From Candidatus Jordarchaeales archaeon (GTDB lineage Archaea; Asgardarchaeota; Jordiarchaeia; Jordiarchaeales; Freyrarchaeaceae): a DNA stretch of 32,000 bases. The stretch is taken from the NCBI GenBank assembly GCA_038889235.1, contig JAWAHN010000003.1:233703-265702 (forward strand). Direction: 5' to 3'. Within the stretch, counting starts at the first letter, position 1; each line of letters begins with the position of its first letter. This document shows positions 17,802 to 26,147 of the stretch, in pieces. The position numbers and the translations under genes are program-made. Below the pieces are notes generated by a model that saw only the letters and a list, made by a program, of their open reading frames with translations, did no database searches and had not been told where the DNA came from.

Positions 17802-18947
17802 CTAAGCTGTCTCCACCTTAAACGCAGCCGCCTGCCTCCGTATACCGTCAGACAGGTTTTTTAAGGCTTCTATGAGAGCGTCGTTCGCCTCTCTCTCCTT
17901 GACGCCAACCCTGATGAACCAAGAGTACTCCTCGCCGAAGGAGCTGCAGTCCCTGACCAGTATCTTGTTTTTAAGCAGCATCGCTTTAACTGTCGTCGCA
18001 TTGACACCCAACTCCTTCACCTTGACAAACAGGAAGTTTGCATCGGGCCTGAAAACAGTGTAGCCGGGAATCTTTGAAACACACTGGTAGAGTCTGTTCT
18101 TCTCACACTCGACGACGCTCACAGTTCTCTCCAGGTACGAGTCACAGTTCCTAAGGAGTTCGACTGCCACAAGCTGCTCGATCACCCCAACCCCCCACGA
18201 GATGCGGAACCTGTCTATGTAGTCTATGAGGCTGCGCCCGCCCACCCCATAACCCACCCTGAGCCCAGGTATGCTAAAGATCTTCGTCAAAGAGCGGGCG
18301 ACGAAAAGGTTTTCGTGTCCTTCCACTTCGTGGAGGCAGGTTGAACGCCTCCCCTCTCTTAGAAAGTCCATGAACGCCTCATCAATGAACACAAGGATTC
18401 CCTTCGCCTCGCACTCCTCCACTACTTCGAGGACCTTCTTTTTCGGCTCAAGCCTGCTCGTCGGGTTATTAGGGTTGCAGAGGAAAACCGCCCTAACATC
18501 TGAGCCGAGCCGCTCGAAAAGAGCGTCAGTGTCAAGAGCGAACTCGTGCTCCTCGCTGAGCGGAACTTCTTCGACGACGCCTCCAGCGAGACGGCAGTAA
18601 TATGCGTACTCGCTGTACGTCGGTTGCTCAACCAACACGCGGTCACCCGGCTCCAAGAACGCTTCTGCGAAAGCTTTTATGAGCTCAGTTGAGCCGCAGC
18701 CGACCGCGATAAGGTCCTCGGCGACACCAATGAAGAGTGAAAGCTCAGATTTTAGGAGACTGCACGAGTCGTCGGGGTAACAGGAAATCTTGTCCAAGCT
18801 GTTCATAACAGCCTTCACGACGTCCACAGGGGGACCCAGAGGGTTAAGGCTGCAGCTGAAATCGAGCACGTCGCCACCATACCTCCAAGCGTCTCCTCCG
18901 TGGCGCGGCCTCTCTATGCCAGCCAGCCACTTTTTGGCGTAAGTCAG
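17802..18947 (-). CDS. cobD: L-threonine-O-3-phosphate decarboxylase (class I PLP enzyme)
   Basis: HGG...LDFSCSLNP, NPNNPT, DEAF and SLTKIFSIPGLRVGY (PLP Lys). The frame extends 26 codons upstream of the track's GTG to a CTG overlapping the btuD stop. Confidence 0.88.
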   Translation of the reverse strand: MTYAKKWLAGIERPRHGGDAWRYGGDVLDFSCSLNPLGPPVDVVKAVMNSLDKISCYPDDSCSLLKSELSLFIGVAEDLIAVGCGSTELIKAFAEAFLEPGDRVLVEQPTYSEYAYYCRLAGGVVEEVPLSEEHEFALDTDALFERLGSDVRAVFLCNPNNPTSRLEPKKKVLEVVEECEAKGILVFIDEAFMDFLREGRRSTCLHEVEGHENLFVARSLTKIFSIPGLRVGYGVGGRSLIDYIDRFRISWGVGVIEQLVAVELLRNCDSYLERTVSVVECEKNRLYQCVSKIPGYTVFRPDANFLFVKVKELGVNATTVKAMLLKNKILVRDCSSFGEEYSWFIRVGVKEREANDALIEALKNLSDGIRRQAAAFKVETA

Positions 18948-19765
18948 CCGTCCTCACCCCTGTCAACGGTGGCCACGGGGATGACGACCAACCCAACGCC
19001 GGGAACCTTTTGGACGAAAGCCCTCACACCGTAGACGTCCTCTATGAGCTCCTCGCTGATAACCTCTTCGGGGCTGCCGCAAGCCACAATTCTCCCCTTC
19101 TTTAACACGACGAGTTTGTCGCAGTACCTCGCCGCTAAGCTGAGCTGGTGCATGGCGGCTATTATAGTCACCCCTTCGTCGGCCAGCTTTCTAAGCATCT
19201 CCATTATTTCGAGCTGGAACCCTATGTCGAGGTATGCTACGGGCTCGTCCACCAGCAGTATTCTAGCCTCCTGGGCAAGCGCTCTGGCGAGCATTACGCG
19301 CTGTTTCTCGCCACTGCTCAGCTCCTCAAGCTTTCTGTTAGCGAAGCGCGAGACTTTCATGCGCTCCATCGCCTTCACTGCGACCTCCTCGTCGCGCTCG
19401 TCCTCCCACCAAACCCCACTAACGTGGGGGTGTCTCCCGAGCAGTACGACGTCCACAACGGGGAGACTTACGTTCGCCGGAAACTCGGATGGGACGAAAG
19501 CACAGACGCGTGCAACATCCAAGGGGGACATTTTGCGCATTTCGCGCCCCTCAAGCATTATGACGCCGCCATGCGGGGTGAGAACCCGGCTGAGGCACTT
19601 TAGCAGGGTGGTTTTACCGGATCCGTTCGGGCCGACGAGCCCGACGAACTCTCCCCTTCTAACCTCGAATGTCAACCCGTCAAGCGCGCTCACAGAATTA
19701 TACCTGTACGAGAGGCCCTCAACGCTTATGACGACTTTTGGTTCACAATTTACCTCACATTCCAT
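18944..19765 (-). CDS. btuD: Cobalamin/corrinoid ABC transporter ATP-binding subunit
   Basis: Walker A GPNGSGKT, signature LSSGEKQR, Walker B LLVDEP and H-loop; FecE/BtuD type in a cob cluster. Confidence 0.88.
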   Translation of the reverse strand: MECEVNCEPKVVISVEGLSYRYNSVSALDGLTFEVRRGEFVGLVGPNGSGKTTLLKCLSRVLTPHGGVIMLEGREMRKMSPLDVARVCAFVPSEFPANVSLPVVDVVLLGRHPHVSGVWWEDERDEEVAVKAMERMKVSRFANRKLEELSSGEKQRVMLARALAQEARILLVDEPVAYLDIGFQLEIMEMLRKLADEGVTIIAAMHQLSLAARYCDKLVVLKKGRIVACGSPEEVISEELIEDVYGVRAFVQKVPGVGLVVIPVATVDRGEDG

Positions 19766-20819
19766 ATTTTCTCCCCTTCTTTATTAAGAGATAAGCGAAA
19801 AAAGGTATTCCGACGAAGGAGGTTATCACGCCTATAGGCAGCTCAACGGGCTTCATGGCAACCCTCGCAAGTATATCTGCGGCCAAGAGGAGGTTTGCCC
19901 CAGAAATGGAAGATAGGGGGAGGAGGAGTCTGTGGTCGTTTCCCAAGGACAGCCTTATCATGTGGGGGATGACGAGGCCCACGAAGCCTATTATCCCGGT
20001 GAAGGCTACGCACACGCTCGCCAGTAGGGCTGCGACGACCATCATCCCCCTTCTGAAGAGCTTAACGTTGACGCCCATCTGCGCCGCTTGCTCGTCCCCA
20101 AGCATGAAGACATTGAAGGTCCTCGCCAGCAGTAAGCAGACGAGTATGAGGGAAACTACTGTGGGGGCGAGAACATATACTTCATCCCACTTCGTGTACG
20201 CGACGCTCCCATAAATCCAGAAGAGAACACCGTGAAGCTCCTTATCACTTGTAACTATTATCAGCGTGGTCATCGATGAGAATGCAACCCCAACTATAAC
20301 TCCGCCAAGGACGAAGCTCAGCGGCGTCTCGCCTGAAGCCCTATAGATGAGGAAGGTGATCGTGAAAGCTGTCAGGCCGCCGGCGAAAGCGGCAACAGAG
20401 AGGGAGACAGACTGGGCGACACCCGTAAGCCACGAGGTCAGCAGGAAGAGAACGGCGCCGAAGGCAGCGCCAGACGAAACCCCACTAATGTAGGGGTCGA
20501 CGAGCGGGTTCCTCACAAGAGCCTGCATTATCGTTCCAGAAACAGCCAAGCCGGAGCCGACGAGAATAGCCGTGATAGTCCTCGGGATCCTAGAATAGTA
20601 TAGTATGGAGTCAAGGGATAGGTCTACGCCGGGCGGCAACAAGCTGCCACTAATAGGTCCACCGAAAATAATAAGCCGGTGGAGAGAGGCGAGAACATCC
20701 CACAGGCTGGCCTCCTTCAACCCAAAAACAAGGGACGAAAGAGAGAGAACGAAAAGGACGACCAAGGAGATAACAGACAACACGATGAGAAGGAGAATCT
20801 TACGCCTAACAACACTCAA
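19755..20819 (-). CDS. btuC: Cobalamin/corrinoid ABC transporter permease (FecCD/BtuC family)
   Basis: RIPR, QALVRNPLVDPYISGVSSGA, GDEQAAQMGVNV, GIIGFVGLVIPH and ELPIGVIT. Confidence 0.9.
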   Translation of the reverse strand: MSVVRRKILLLIVLSVISLVVLFVLSLSSLVFGLKEASLWDVLASLHRLIIFGGPISGSLLPPGVDLSLDSILYYSRIPRTITAILVGSGLAVSGTIMQALVRNPLVDPYISGVSSGAAFGAVLFLLTSWLTGVAQSVSLSVAAFAGGLTAFTITFLIYRASGETPLSFVLGGVIVGVAFSSMTTLIIVTSDKELHGVLFWIYGSVAYTKWDEVYVLAPTVVSLILVCLLLARTFNVFMLGDEQAAQMGVNVKLFRRGMMVVAALLASVCVAFTGIIGFVGLVIPHMIRLSLGNDHRLLLPLSSISGANLLLAADILARVAMKPVELPIGVITSFVGIPFFAYLLIKKGRKYGM

Positions 20820-20831
20820 ATAGCAACCCTC

Positions 20832-22007
20832 CTATACGAAAAAAGAAAAAAAGAGGGGATGGCGGGCGAGACTCATAGCAGGAACAAAGCTCGGTAAACA
20901 AACGTTCTGCGAAACACAACTCGGGCAAGAAGCAGACGACGACTCCAGTATTAGCGAGGAAATGTAGTTTCTGTAGTTGCCGTCATCTATAACATGTGGA
21001 TCTGGGAATGACGCGTTGAAGATTTCTGGGAACAGTATGTGGGCTAGGAGCTCAACGGCTTCAGCAACCCTAGGCCCGGGCCTAGCGAACAGGTTGTCGG
21101 CTTGACCACGGAGGAAGAATATCTTGTTATTCTGGTAGGCTGGAGTGTTGGCGAGAGGAGTGTTAGCCATCTTATTTAGAACCTCACGGGGGTTTAGCAA
21201 CCCGTGGTGGTCCAGTATCACTATTACTTCTGGGTCACTGTAGGCTGCCTTTTCCAGATTCAGATTGTCGCTAATCCACGCTTGATTAATATTGTTGTAT
21301 ATGTTGATGCCGCCTGCCCGCGTTATGATCTCGTTAAGGAAAGTCGGGCTGCCAGTCGTCCAAAGATATCCTCCGTCGATGTCGAGCCAGACGCAGACGA
21401 GCACTTTAACTTGTTGTTGCCCTGAAATTTTTTCATTAACATAGTTTATTTTTTCTCTCATGGCGTTCACGAGTCTCTGGGCTGCTTCCACGCTTCTAGA
21501 GTTTGTGGCGGAGGCGAAGAACGAGCCGAGCTGGTGTATTGTTGACTCTATTTGCTCAAATGACTCGCCGCGGCTGAGTAGGAGGAAGGGTATCCCCTGT
21601 TCTAGGAGTTTCTCCGCTATCTTGAGTTGTGCAGACACGCCTGCGTCCAATAAGACCAAGGTTGGTTTGAGAACTATTATTGATTCTAGGCTGGGGTTCC
21701 ACCAACTTATGTTATTATAGACTTTTCCTGAGGCGATCATTGACTGAAGTTTTGGCGGGTAGTCGCAGTACTTCGTGCAGCCTACTAGGTAGTCTTCGAG
21801 CCCTAAGCCGAAGACTATCTCGGTTATAGAGGGGGCCATGGAGACGACTCTCAGTCCCGTTGGGAAGCCGGTGAACATCAGGTAGGTTGCGGTTATGGTG
21901 TTCAACTGGTTGGCTCTTTGGATGTTCAGCAACATGTATGTTGAGGTAGCGGTCATGCCGACTATGATCACTGCAATCAACAGCGCTGCTACCGAGCGGG
22001 TGTTCAC
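20832..22007 (-). CDS. btuF: Corrinoid ABC transporter substrate-binding protein with N-terminal membrane anchor
   Basis: N-terminal hydrophobic helix, RVVSMAPSITEIVFGLG, GCTKYCDYP, SLESIIVLKPTLV and RPGPR. Confidence 0.85.
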   Translation of the reverse strand: MNTRSVAALLIAVIIVGMTATSTYMLLNIQRANQLNTITATYLMFTGFPTGLRVVSMAPSITEIVFGLGLEDYLVGCTKYCDYPPKLQSMIASGKVYNNISWWNPSLESIIVLKPTLVLLDAGVSAQLKIAEKLLEQGIPFLLLSRGESFEQIESTIHQLGSFFASATNSRSVEAAQRLVNAMREKINYVNEKISGQQQVKVLVCVWLDIDGGYLWTTGSPTFLNEIITRAGGINIYNNINQAWISDNLNLEKAAYSDPEVIVILDHHGLLNPREVLNKMANTPLANTPAYQNNKIFFLRGQADNLFARPGPRVAEAVELLAHILFPEIFNASFPDPHVIDDGNYRNYISSLILESSSASCPSCVSQNVCLPSFVPAMSLARHPLFFSFFV

Positions 22008-22032
22008 TTTAATCCTCCTCCAATAGGTTTAT

Positions 22033-22070
22033 ATAGGATAAACTATCACTTGTGGGATAAATTATCCTAT
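22033..22070. promoter_or_regulatory. Operator-like palindrome in the divergent btuF/cobT promoter
   Basis: ATAGGATAA (22033-22041) and TTATCCTAT (22062-22070) form a 9-bp inverted repeat. It contains tandem 13-mers GGATAAACTATCA (22036-22048) and GGATAAATTATCC (22055-22067). Confidence 0.6.
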
Positions 22071-22134
22071 TAAGGCTCGAAGACTACTTGTATTTAAATG
22101 TTGCGCGTCGAAGTGGAAGCTCCGGGTGATAAAG

Positions 22135-23241
22135 ATGGCTTGGGAAAAGGAGGTTTTGCTGGTTCATAATGAGACGGGTGCGAGGAAGTTTCTCCGAGAG
22201 CTGGAAGGTGAAGAGCCTGTTTTCGTTTGCGTTATAGGGAACACTGAGACGGCGAAGATTCCCGGGATCTCTGCCGCTGGAAGGAATCCGGAGTTGACTG
22301 ATTACACGCCCGCCGCTGACGTCGAACTTCTTTTCTATGGAGAGTGTAAGTGCATTGACGGGGTTCCGGTAACGCCTGAAGGGATTCCGACCCCAGCGCT
22401 CATCACTAGGGCGGCTTTAACTCTTTCCCAGGTGCCGGTCTTCGTCGTTAACGGTGGGGTTAGGGTTAAGCCGCTCGTCCCCTTCATTGAGCTTGGGGGT
22501 AGCCCGGGTGAGGACATAAGGACTGGGCGGGCTGTTAGAGACGCGGGGAGGGTTATTGAGAGGGCTGAGATAGCTGGGCGGAGTTTTTCGAAGGTCGCGG
22601 ACTACATTGTTGTTGGTGAAAGCGTTCCTGGAGGGACTACGACCGCTCTCGGAGTGCTGCTCGCGATGGGTGTCGACGCTAGGGGTATGGTCAGCAGCAG
22701 CATGTCTGAGAACCCCCATGGGTTGAAGGAGCGAGTCGTCGAGGAGGGGTTAAGGGCTGCCGGGGTTAAGCCGGGCGACTTGAAGGATGACCCTGTAGCG
22801 GCTGTCTCGGCTGTGGGTGACCCTATGATGGCTGCTTTTGCCGGCTTCGTAGTTGGAGCGGCGTTGAACAGGCCTGTGCTTATGGCTGGTGGTACGCAGA
22901 TGGCTGCCGTGCTCTCGGTTGTTAGGGGGCTGAAGCCCGAGGTTTTGGACAATGTAGCTATAGGAACCACTAGGTGGATAGCTCAGGATAGGACCTCGAA
23001 CATAAGGAGATTGGTGTCCCAGATATGGGATGTGCCGGTGGTTGCCGCCAACCTAGACTTCTCGGCCTCGGAGATAGAGGGGCTGAGGGCTTACGAGAAG
23101 GGAGTGGTTAAGGAGGGCGTAGGTGCAGGGGGCGCGACTATAAGCGCAGTACTCAAGACGGAGGGGAAAGTCACGTGTGACGAAGTCAGGAAGATGGTTG
23201 AAAAAGAGTACAGAAGACTGGTCGGAGGACGCGTAAAATAG
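22135..23241 (+). CDS. cobT: Nicotinate-nucleotide--dimethylbenzimidazole phosphoribosyltransferase, archaeal type
   Basis: IPGISAAG...TPAADVELL, GESVPGGTTTALGVL, GDPMM, LMAGGTQM and KEGVGAGG. Confidence 0.9.
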   Translation: MAWEKEVLLVHNETGARKFLRELEGEEPVFVCVIGNTETAKIPGISAAGRNPELTDYTPAADVELLFYGECKCIDGVPVTPEGIPTPALITRAALTLSQVPVFVVNGGVRVKPLVPFIELGGSPGEDIRTGRAVRDAGRVIERAEIAGRSFSKVADYIVVGESVPGGTTTALGVLLAMGVDARGMVSSSMSENPHGLKERVVEEGLRAAGVKPGDLKDDPVAAVSAVGDPMMAAFAGFVVGAALNRPVLMAGGTQMAAVLSVVRGLKPEVLDNVAIGTTRWIAQDRTSNIRRLVSQIWDVPVVAANLDFSASEIEGLRAYEKGVVKEGVGAGGATISAVLKTEGKVTCDEVRKMVEKEYRRLVGGRVK

Positions 23242-23291
23242 GTGGGGTGCGAGAGGGGCTTAGAAGTCGCCGGCCTGCATGGTAAAAGGTG

Positions 23292-24122
23292 TTAGAGGTG
23301 TTTTTCGAGCCATTCTTCGAGGTCGCTTAGGGGTTTTTCTTTCCCAATTTCGTTGTATACTTCGTGGCGGTATCCTTCGTAGACTTTGAGCGTCTTATCC
23401 TTGGATGGGATAATCTCGTAGAGGTCTTTAGCGCTTCCAGGTTCGAACGCGATGTCGGCGCTTCCAACCTGTATGAGGCATGGTACGTTTATTTTCGTTG
23501 CTTCCTTCGCTGCTCTAAAAGTGCTGTAGTAGACTTCTGCTAGCAGGCGCGCGCTCGCCTTCTTCGAAACCAGCGGGTCGTTCACGTACGCTTCAACAAC
23601 TTTCTCATCCCTGCTTATGAACGATGGATCCCATGGAAGAGCGAACTTAGCTTTTGGCGCGGCTCTCGCTATTAAGGCTAAGAGCGCTTTCACCAGGGGT
23701 GAAACTTTCCCGGGACGTGCCCCCGTTCCTGAAAGTATCAGGCCAGCTATCCCCTCTGGGTATTTTGCCATGTAGAGCATAGCTATTAGGCTCCCCATGG
23801 AGTGTCCAAGCATGAAGATCTTTTTCCTCCTCTCTTTCTCCCGGACGAGGCTGACGAACAGCTTTAGGTCTTCGACGAACTCTTCGAAGCGCTTCACGTG
23901 CGCCCTCTCACCTTCGGATTTCCCGTGCCCTCTATGGTCTAGAGCGTAGACCGCGTAGCCCTTAGGTACAAGCTGGTTGACGACGTTCATGTACCTTCCA
24001 GAGTGCTCGACGAGGCCATGGACAACGACGACCACAGCCTTGCTCGCCCCATCGGGCTTCCAAACCTGGTAATAAAGCTTGGTTTTATCATACCCCTCGA
24101 AAAATCCCTCTTCATGCTTCAC
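23292..24122 (-). CDS. Alpha/beta-hydrolase, lysophospholipase / monoacylglycerol lipase family
   Basis: VHGLVEHSGRY, DHRGHG, nucleophile GHSMG, GSAD and YRHEVYNE. GTG 24122 follows a GGAGGAGG RBS. Confidence 0.88.
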   Translation of the reverse strand: MKHEEGFFEGYDKTKLYYQVWKPDGASKAVVVVVHGLVEHSGRYMNVVNQLVPKGYAVYALDHRGHGKSEGERAHVKRFEEFVEDLKLFVSLVREKERRKKIFMLGHSMGSLIAMLYMAKYPEGIAGLILSGTGARPGKVSPLVKALLALIARAAPKAKFALPWDPSFISRDEKVVEAYVNDPLVSKKASARLLAEVYYSTFRAAKEATKINVPCLIQVGSADIAFEPGSAKDLYEIIPSKDKTLKVYEGYRHEVYNEIGKEKPLSDLEEWLEKHL

Positions 24123-24498
24123 GAAAAACCCTCCTCCGGGTATCCTAAAAGGCAGACTTCTCATAATTAAGAGGGAGCGTCAATTTAAGATTTTTGTTCA
24201 AAAACACTTAACCCTTGAAGCCTCCTTTCCCGAAAAAGGGAGAAGGGGCTGCTGGCTTTGCAGTCCCTTAAAACGCCGAGGGCGAATGGTGGAACTGAGG
24301 GCGCAAAATTTCAGCCGAACACTTTTCCTAAAACAGGCTAAGCACTTCTCTTAGTTAACGAGAAATTTGCCGGGTAGGCGTTCGCCGTCTCAGATTTAAG
24401 ACGGTTTTGTAAGTAGTTCTGGTGAACACCTGTTTTCCTTAATTGTTAGCTGAGGGAACTTATATAGCCTTTTTAGTTGGATGGCCCAAGAAAGTAGT

Positions 24499-25203
24499 TT
24501 AGACTTTGAAGCACCGGACTATGCACAAAGGCTTTTCGAAAAATGTGACTGTGTAATCCCACTTTTCTCCCGACGCTTTCTCGAAAAGCTTGCAGATGCA
24601 CGCCGAGAAACCGCACACCATTCTTCCGTCAGCCCTTTTTGAAAGACCCTTTTCTAGGGACATTCGGCATCCGTCTTGAAGGTAACAGTTCCTGTATGCG
24701 AGGTCAACGCTTCCGTCATCGTTTTTCCGATAACCCATTTCAATTGGGGCAATTTTTATTTTAAGCATTATTTCGCGAGCAGCCGAGATGACGGAGTCAA
24801 CGTCGAGTCCCACAAGCTGGTTCCCCATTTTATCGATTACGTACTTAGAGATGCCCATGTCCAACATGTGTTCTCCAACGCCTAGAGCTCCTTCCAACTT
24901 GTTTACCGTCACGAAGTGGGCCCATATGATTATGTAGTCTGGGCGTATCCTGCCGGACTTCGAAAGCAGGTAGGCTGCCGCATCATCCAACGTTCTAATC
25001 TCCTCAACGGGAGATTCGCCCGTCAGCTTCGTAACAGCCCTTTGAACATACTTAATAACCATGCGAGTTAAAACATCCCCGTAGATTTTCTCCTCCTCTT
25101 TTAAACCACTAACGAACACGTCGAGGAAGGATTTCATATCAGGTAGCTCACTTTCCCCCTTCTCAAGCATTATAAAGCCTGATTCCAACACCGGCACCTC
25201 CAA
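24499..25203 (-). CDS. Hypothetical six-cysteine protein (paralogue B)
   Basis: Colinear with 12168..12884; C-x5-C-x17-C-x6-C-x22-C-x3-C. The true start is probably GTG 25191 or TTG 25188, after GGAGGTG. Confidence 0.8.
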   Translation of the reverse strand: MEVPVLESGFIMLEKGESELPDMKSFLDVFVSGLKEEEKIYGDVLTRMVIKYVQRAVTKLTGESPVEEIRTLDDAAAYLLSKSGRIRPDYIIIWAHFVTVNKLEGALGVGEHMLDMGISKYVIDKMGNQLVGLDVDSVISAAREIMLKIKIAPIEMGYRKNDDGSVDLAYRNCYLQDGCRMSLEKGLSKRADGRMVCGFSACICKLFEKASGEKWDYTVTFFEKPLCIVRCFKV

Positions 25204-25238
25204 AAACTATTTTCAGAAAAAAAGAGATATAGTTTTTG
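25201..25238. promoter_or_regulatory. 10-bp inverted repeat CAAAAACTAT-N18-ATAGTTTTTG just upstream of paralogue B
   Basis: Arms at 25201-25210 and 25229-25238 are exact reverse complements and abut the RBS. Confidence 0.45.
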
Positions 25239-25565
25239 CAACGACAAGTTAAACCAATTGTCTAAAAACGAACATGCTTCACAATAATCACAATTTGAAA
25301 ATTCCTTTTAAAGAAAAATTCATACATTACGTTATTTTATTCAACAAAACGATAAGTGTAAAGTTTCTTTTATGAGAAAACGAGTGAGCTTGGCTCTTTA
25401 CACAAACGGTACACTCTTATTTCCGCATGTTTTTTCATCTGCACAATTTTTCCCATCTATTAGCCTGCTGAGTCTCTTTGAGAACTAGTAACTGAAATAA
25501 GAAACAGTGACTTTAACACACTCAGCATTATGACATTTACAGCATTATAAAAAAGGAGGAGGGGG

Positions 25566-26147
25566 TTAGTTAGCCCATGCTATGAGGTATGTGTCGGCGT
25601 CATCGAATATTTCTTGTGGAGCGACCCCGTAAGCGTATGTCCATGACCATCCGGGGTTGGCGTCTATGTCAGGTCCGCCAACAGCTAAGTAAGATGCCCA
25701 TGCTAGTTCGCTGCAGTAATAGCTGCTTCCGTAGACTTGTTTTGTCACCCATACGACGTCGTATGGTTTACCCAGTTGGGCGAGCGCGAAGTTCACGGCG
25801 GCTTGCTTGATCGCATTAGACGTTGCGACTCTCAAAATGCATGCTTCATCGTTGTTGTGTATCTCTGTAGCTGGAGTGAGCTTCACTTCCCACGAGGTTG
25901 CCTCAATAGTCCAGCCGTTTCCTATGTATATCATTGTGTGCGTCCAGTAGCCAGGAATAATGTAGTCGAATTTGCTTCCTCTAGTCAGTATTATGTCTCC
26001 AACCTCTAAAAGGCTTAAGTTCAAGTTGTTCTGTCCATCACCCTTTGTGAGAGCTGCAACATTGGCGGTCATCCCAGCCACGGCCAATGCGAAAAACATC
26101 GATAGAATCACTAGAAATAGCAAGACTGCAGAACATCTCCTCCTCAG
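25566..26147 (-). CDS. Secreted permuted NlpC/P60 (YiiX/YebB-like papain-fold) protein
   Basis: GDIIL...WTHTMIYIG (His) precedes LGKPYD...YYCSEL (Cys), the permuted order; N-terminal signal peptide. Start is CTG 26147 or TTG 26123. Confidence 0.8.
   Translation of the reverse strand: MRRRCSAVLLFLVILSMFFALAVAGMTANVAALTKGDGQNNLNLSLLEVGDIILTRGSKFDYIIPGYWTHTMIYIGNGWTIEATSWEVKLTPATEIHNNDEACILRVATSNAIKQAAVNFALAQLGKPYDVVWVTKQVYGSSYYCSELAWASYLAVGGPDIDANPGWSWTYAYGVAPQEIFDDADTYLIAWAN

Noticed and set aside
22044-22059. TATCAC-N4-GGGATA, resembling the Thermococcales glycolytic motif (TATCAC-N5-GTGATA)
   Set aside because: Spacer length and one arm do not match; better explained by the tandem GATAA-N-TTATC sites.
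24165-24498. Intergenic region with several small hairpins next to the cob cluster, considered as a cobalamin riboswitch
   Set aside because: The conserved B12-element core motifs are not found in the right order, and the region precedes the lipase gene rather than btu/cob.
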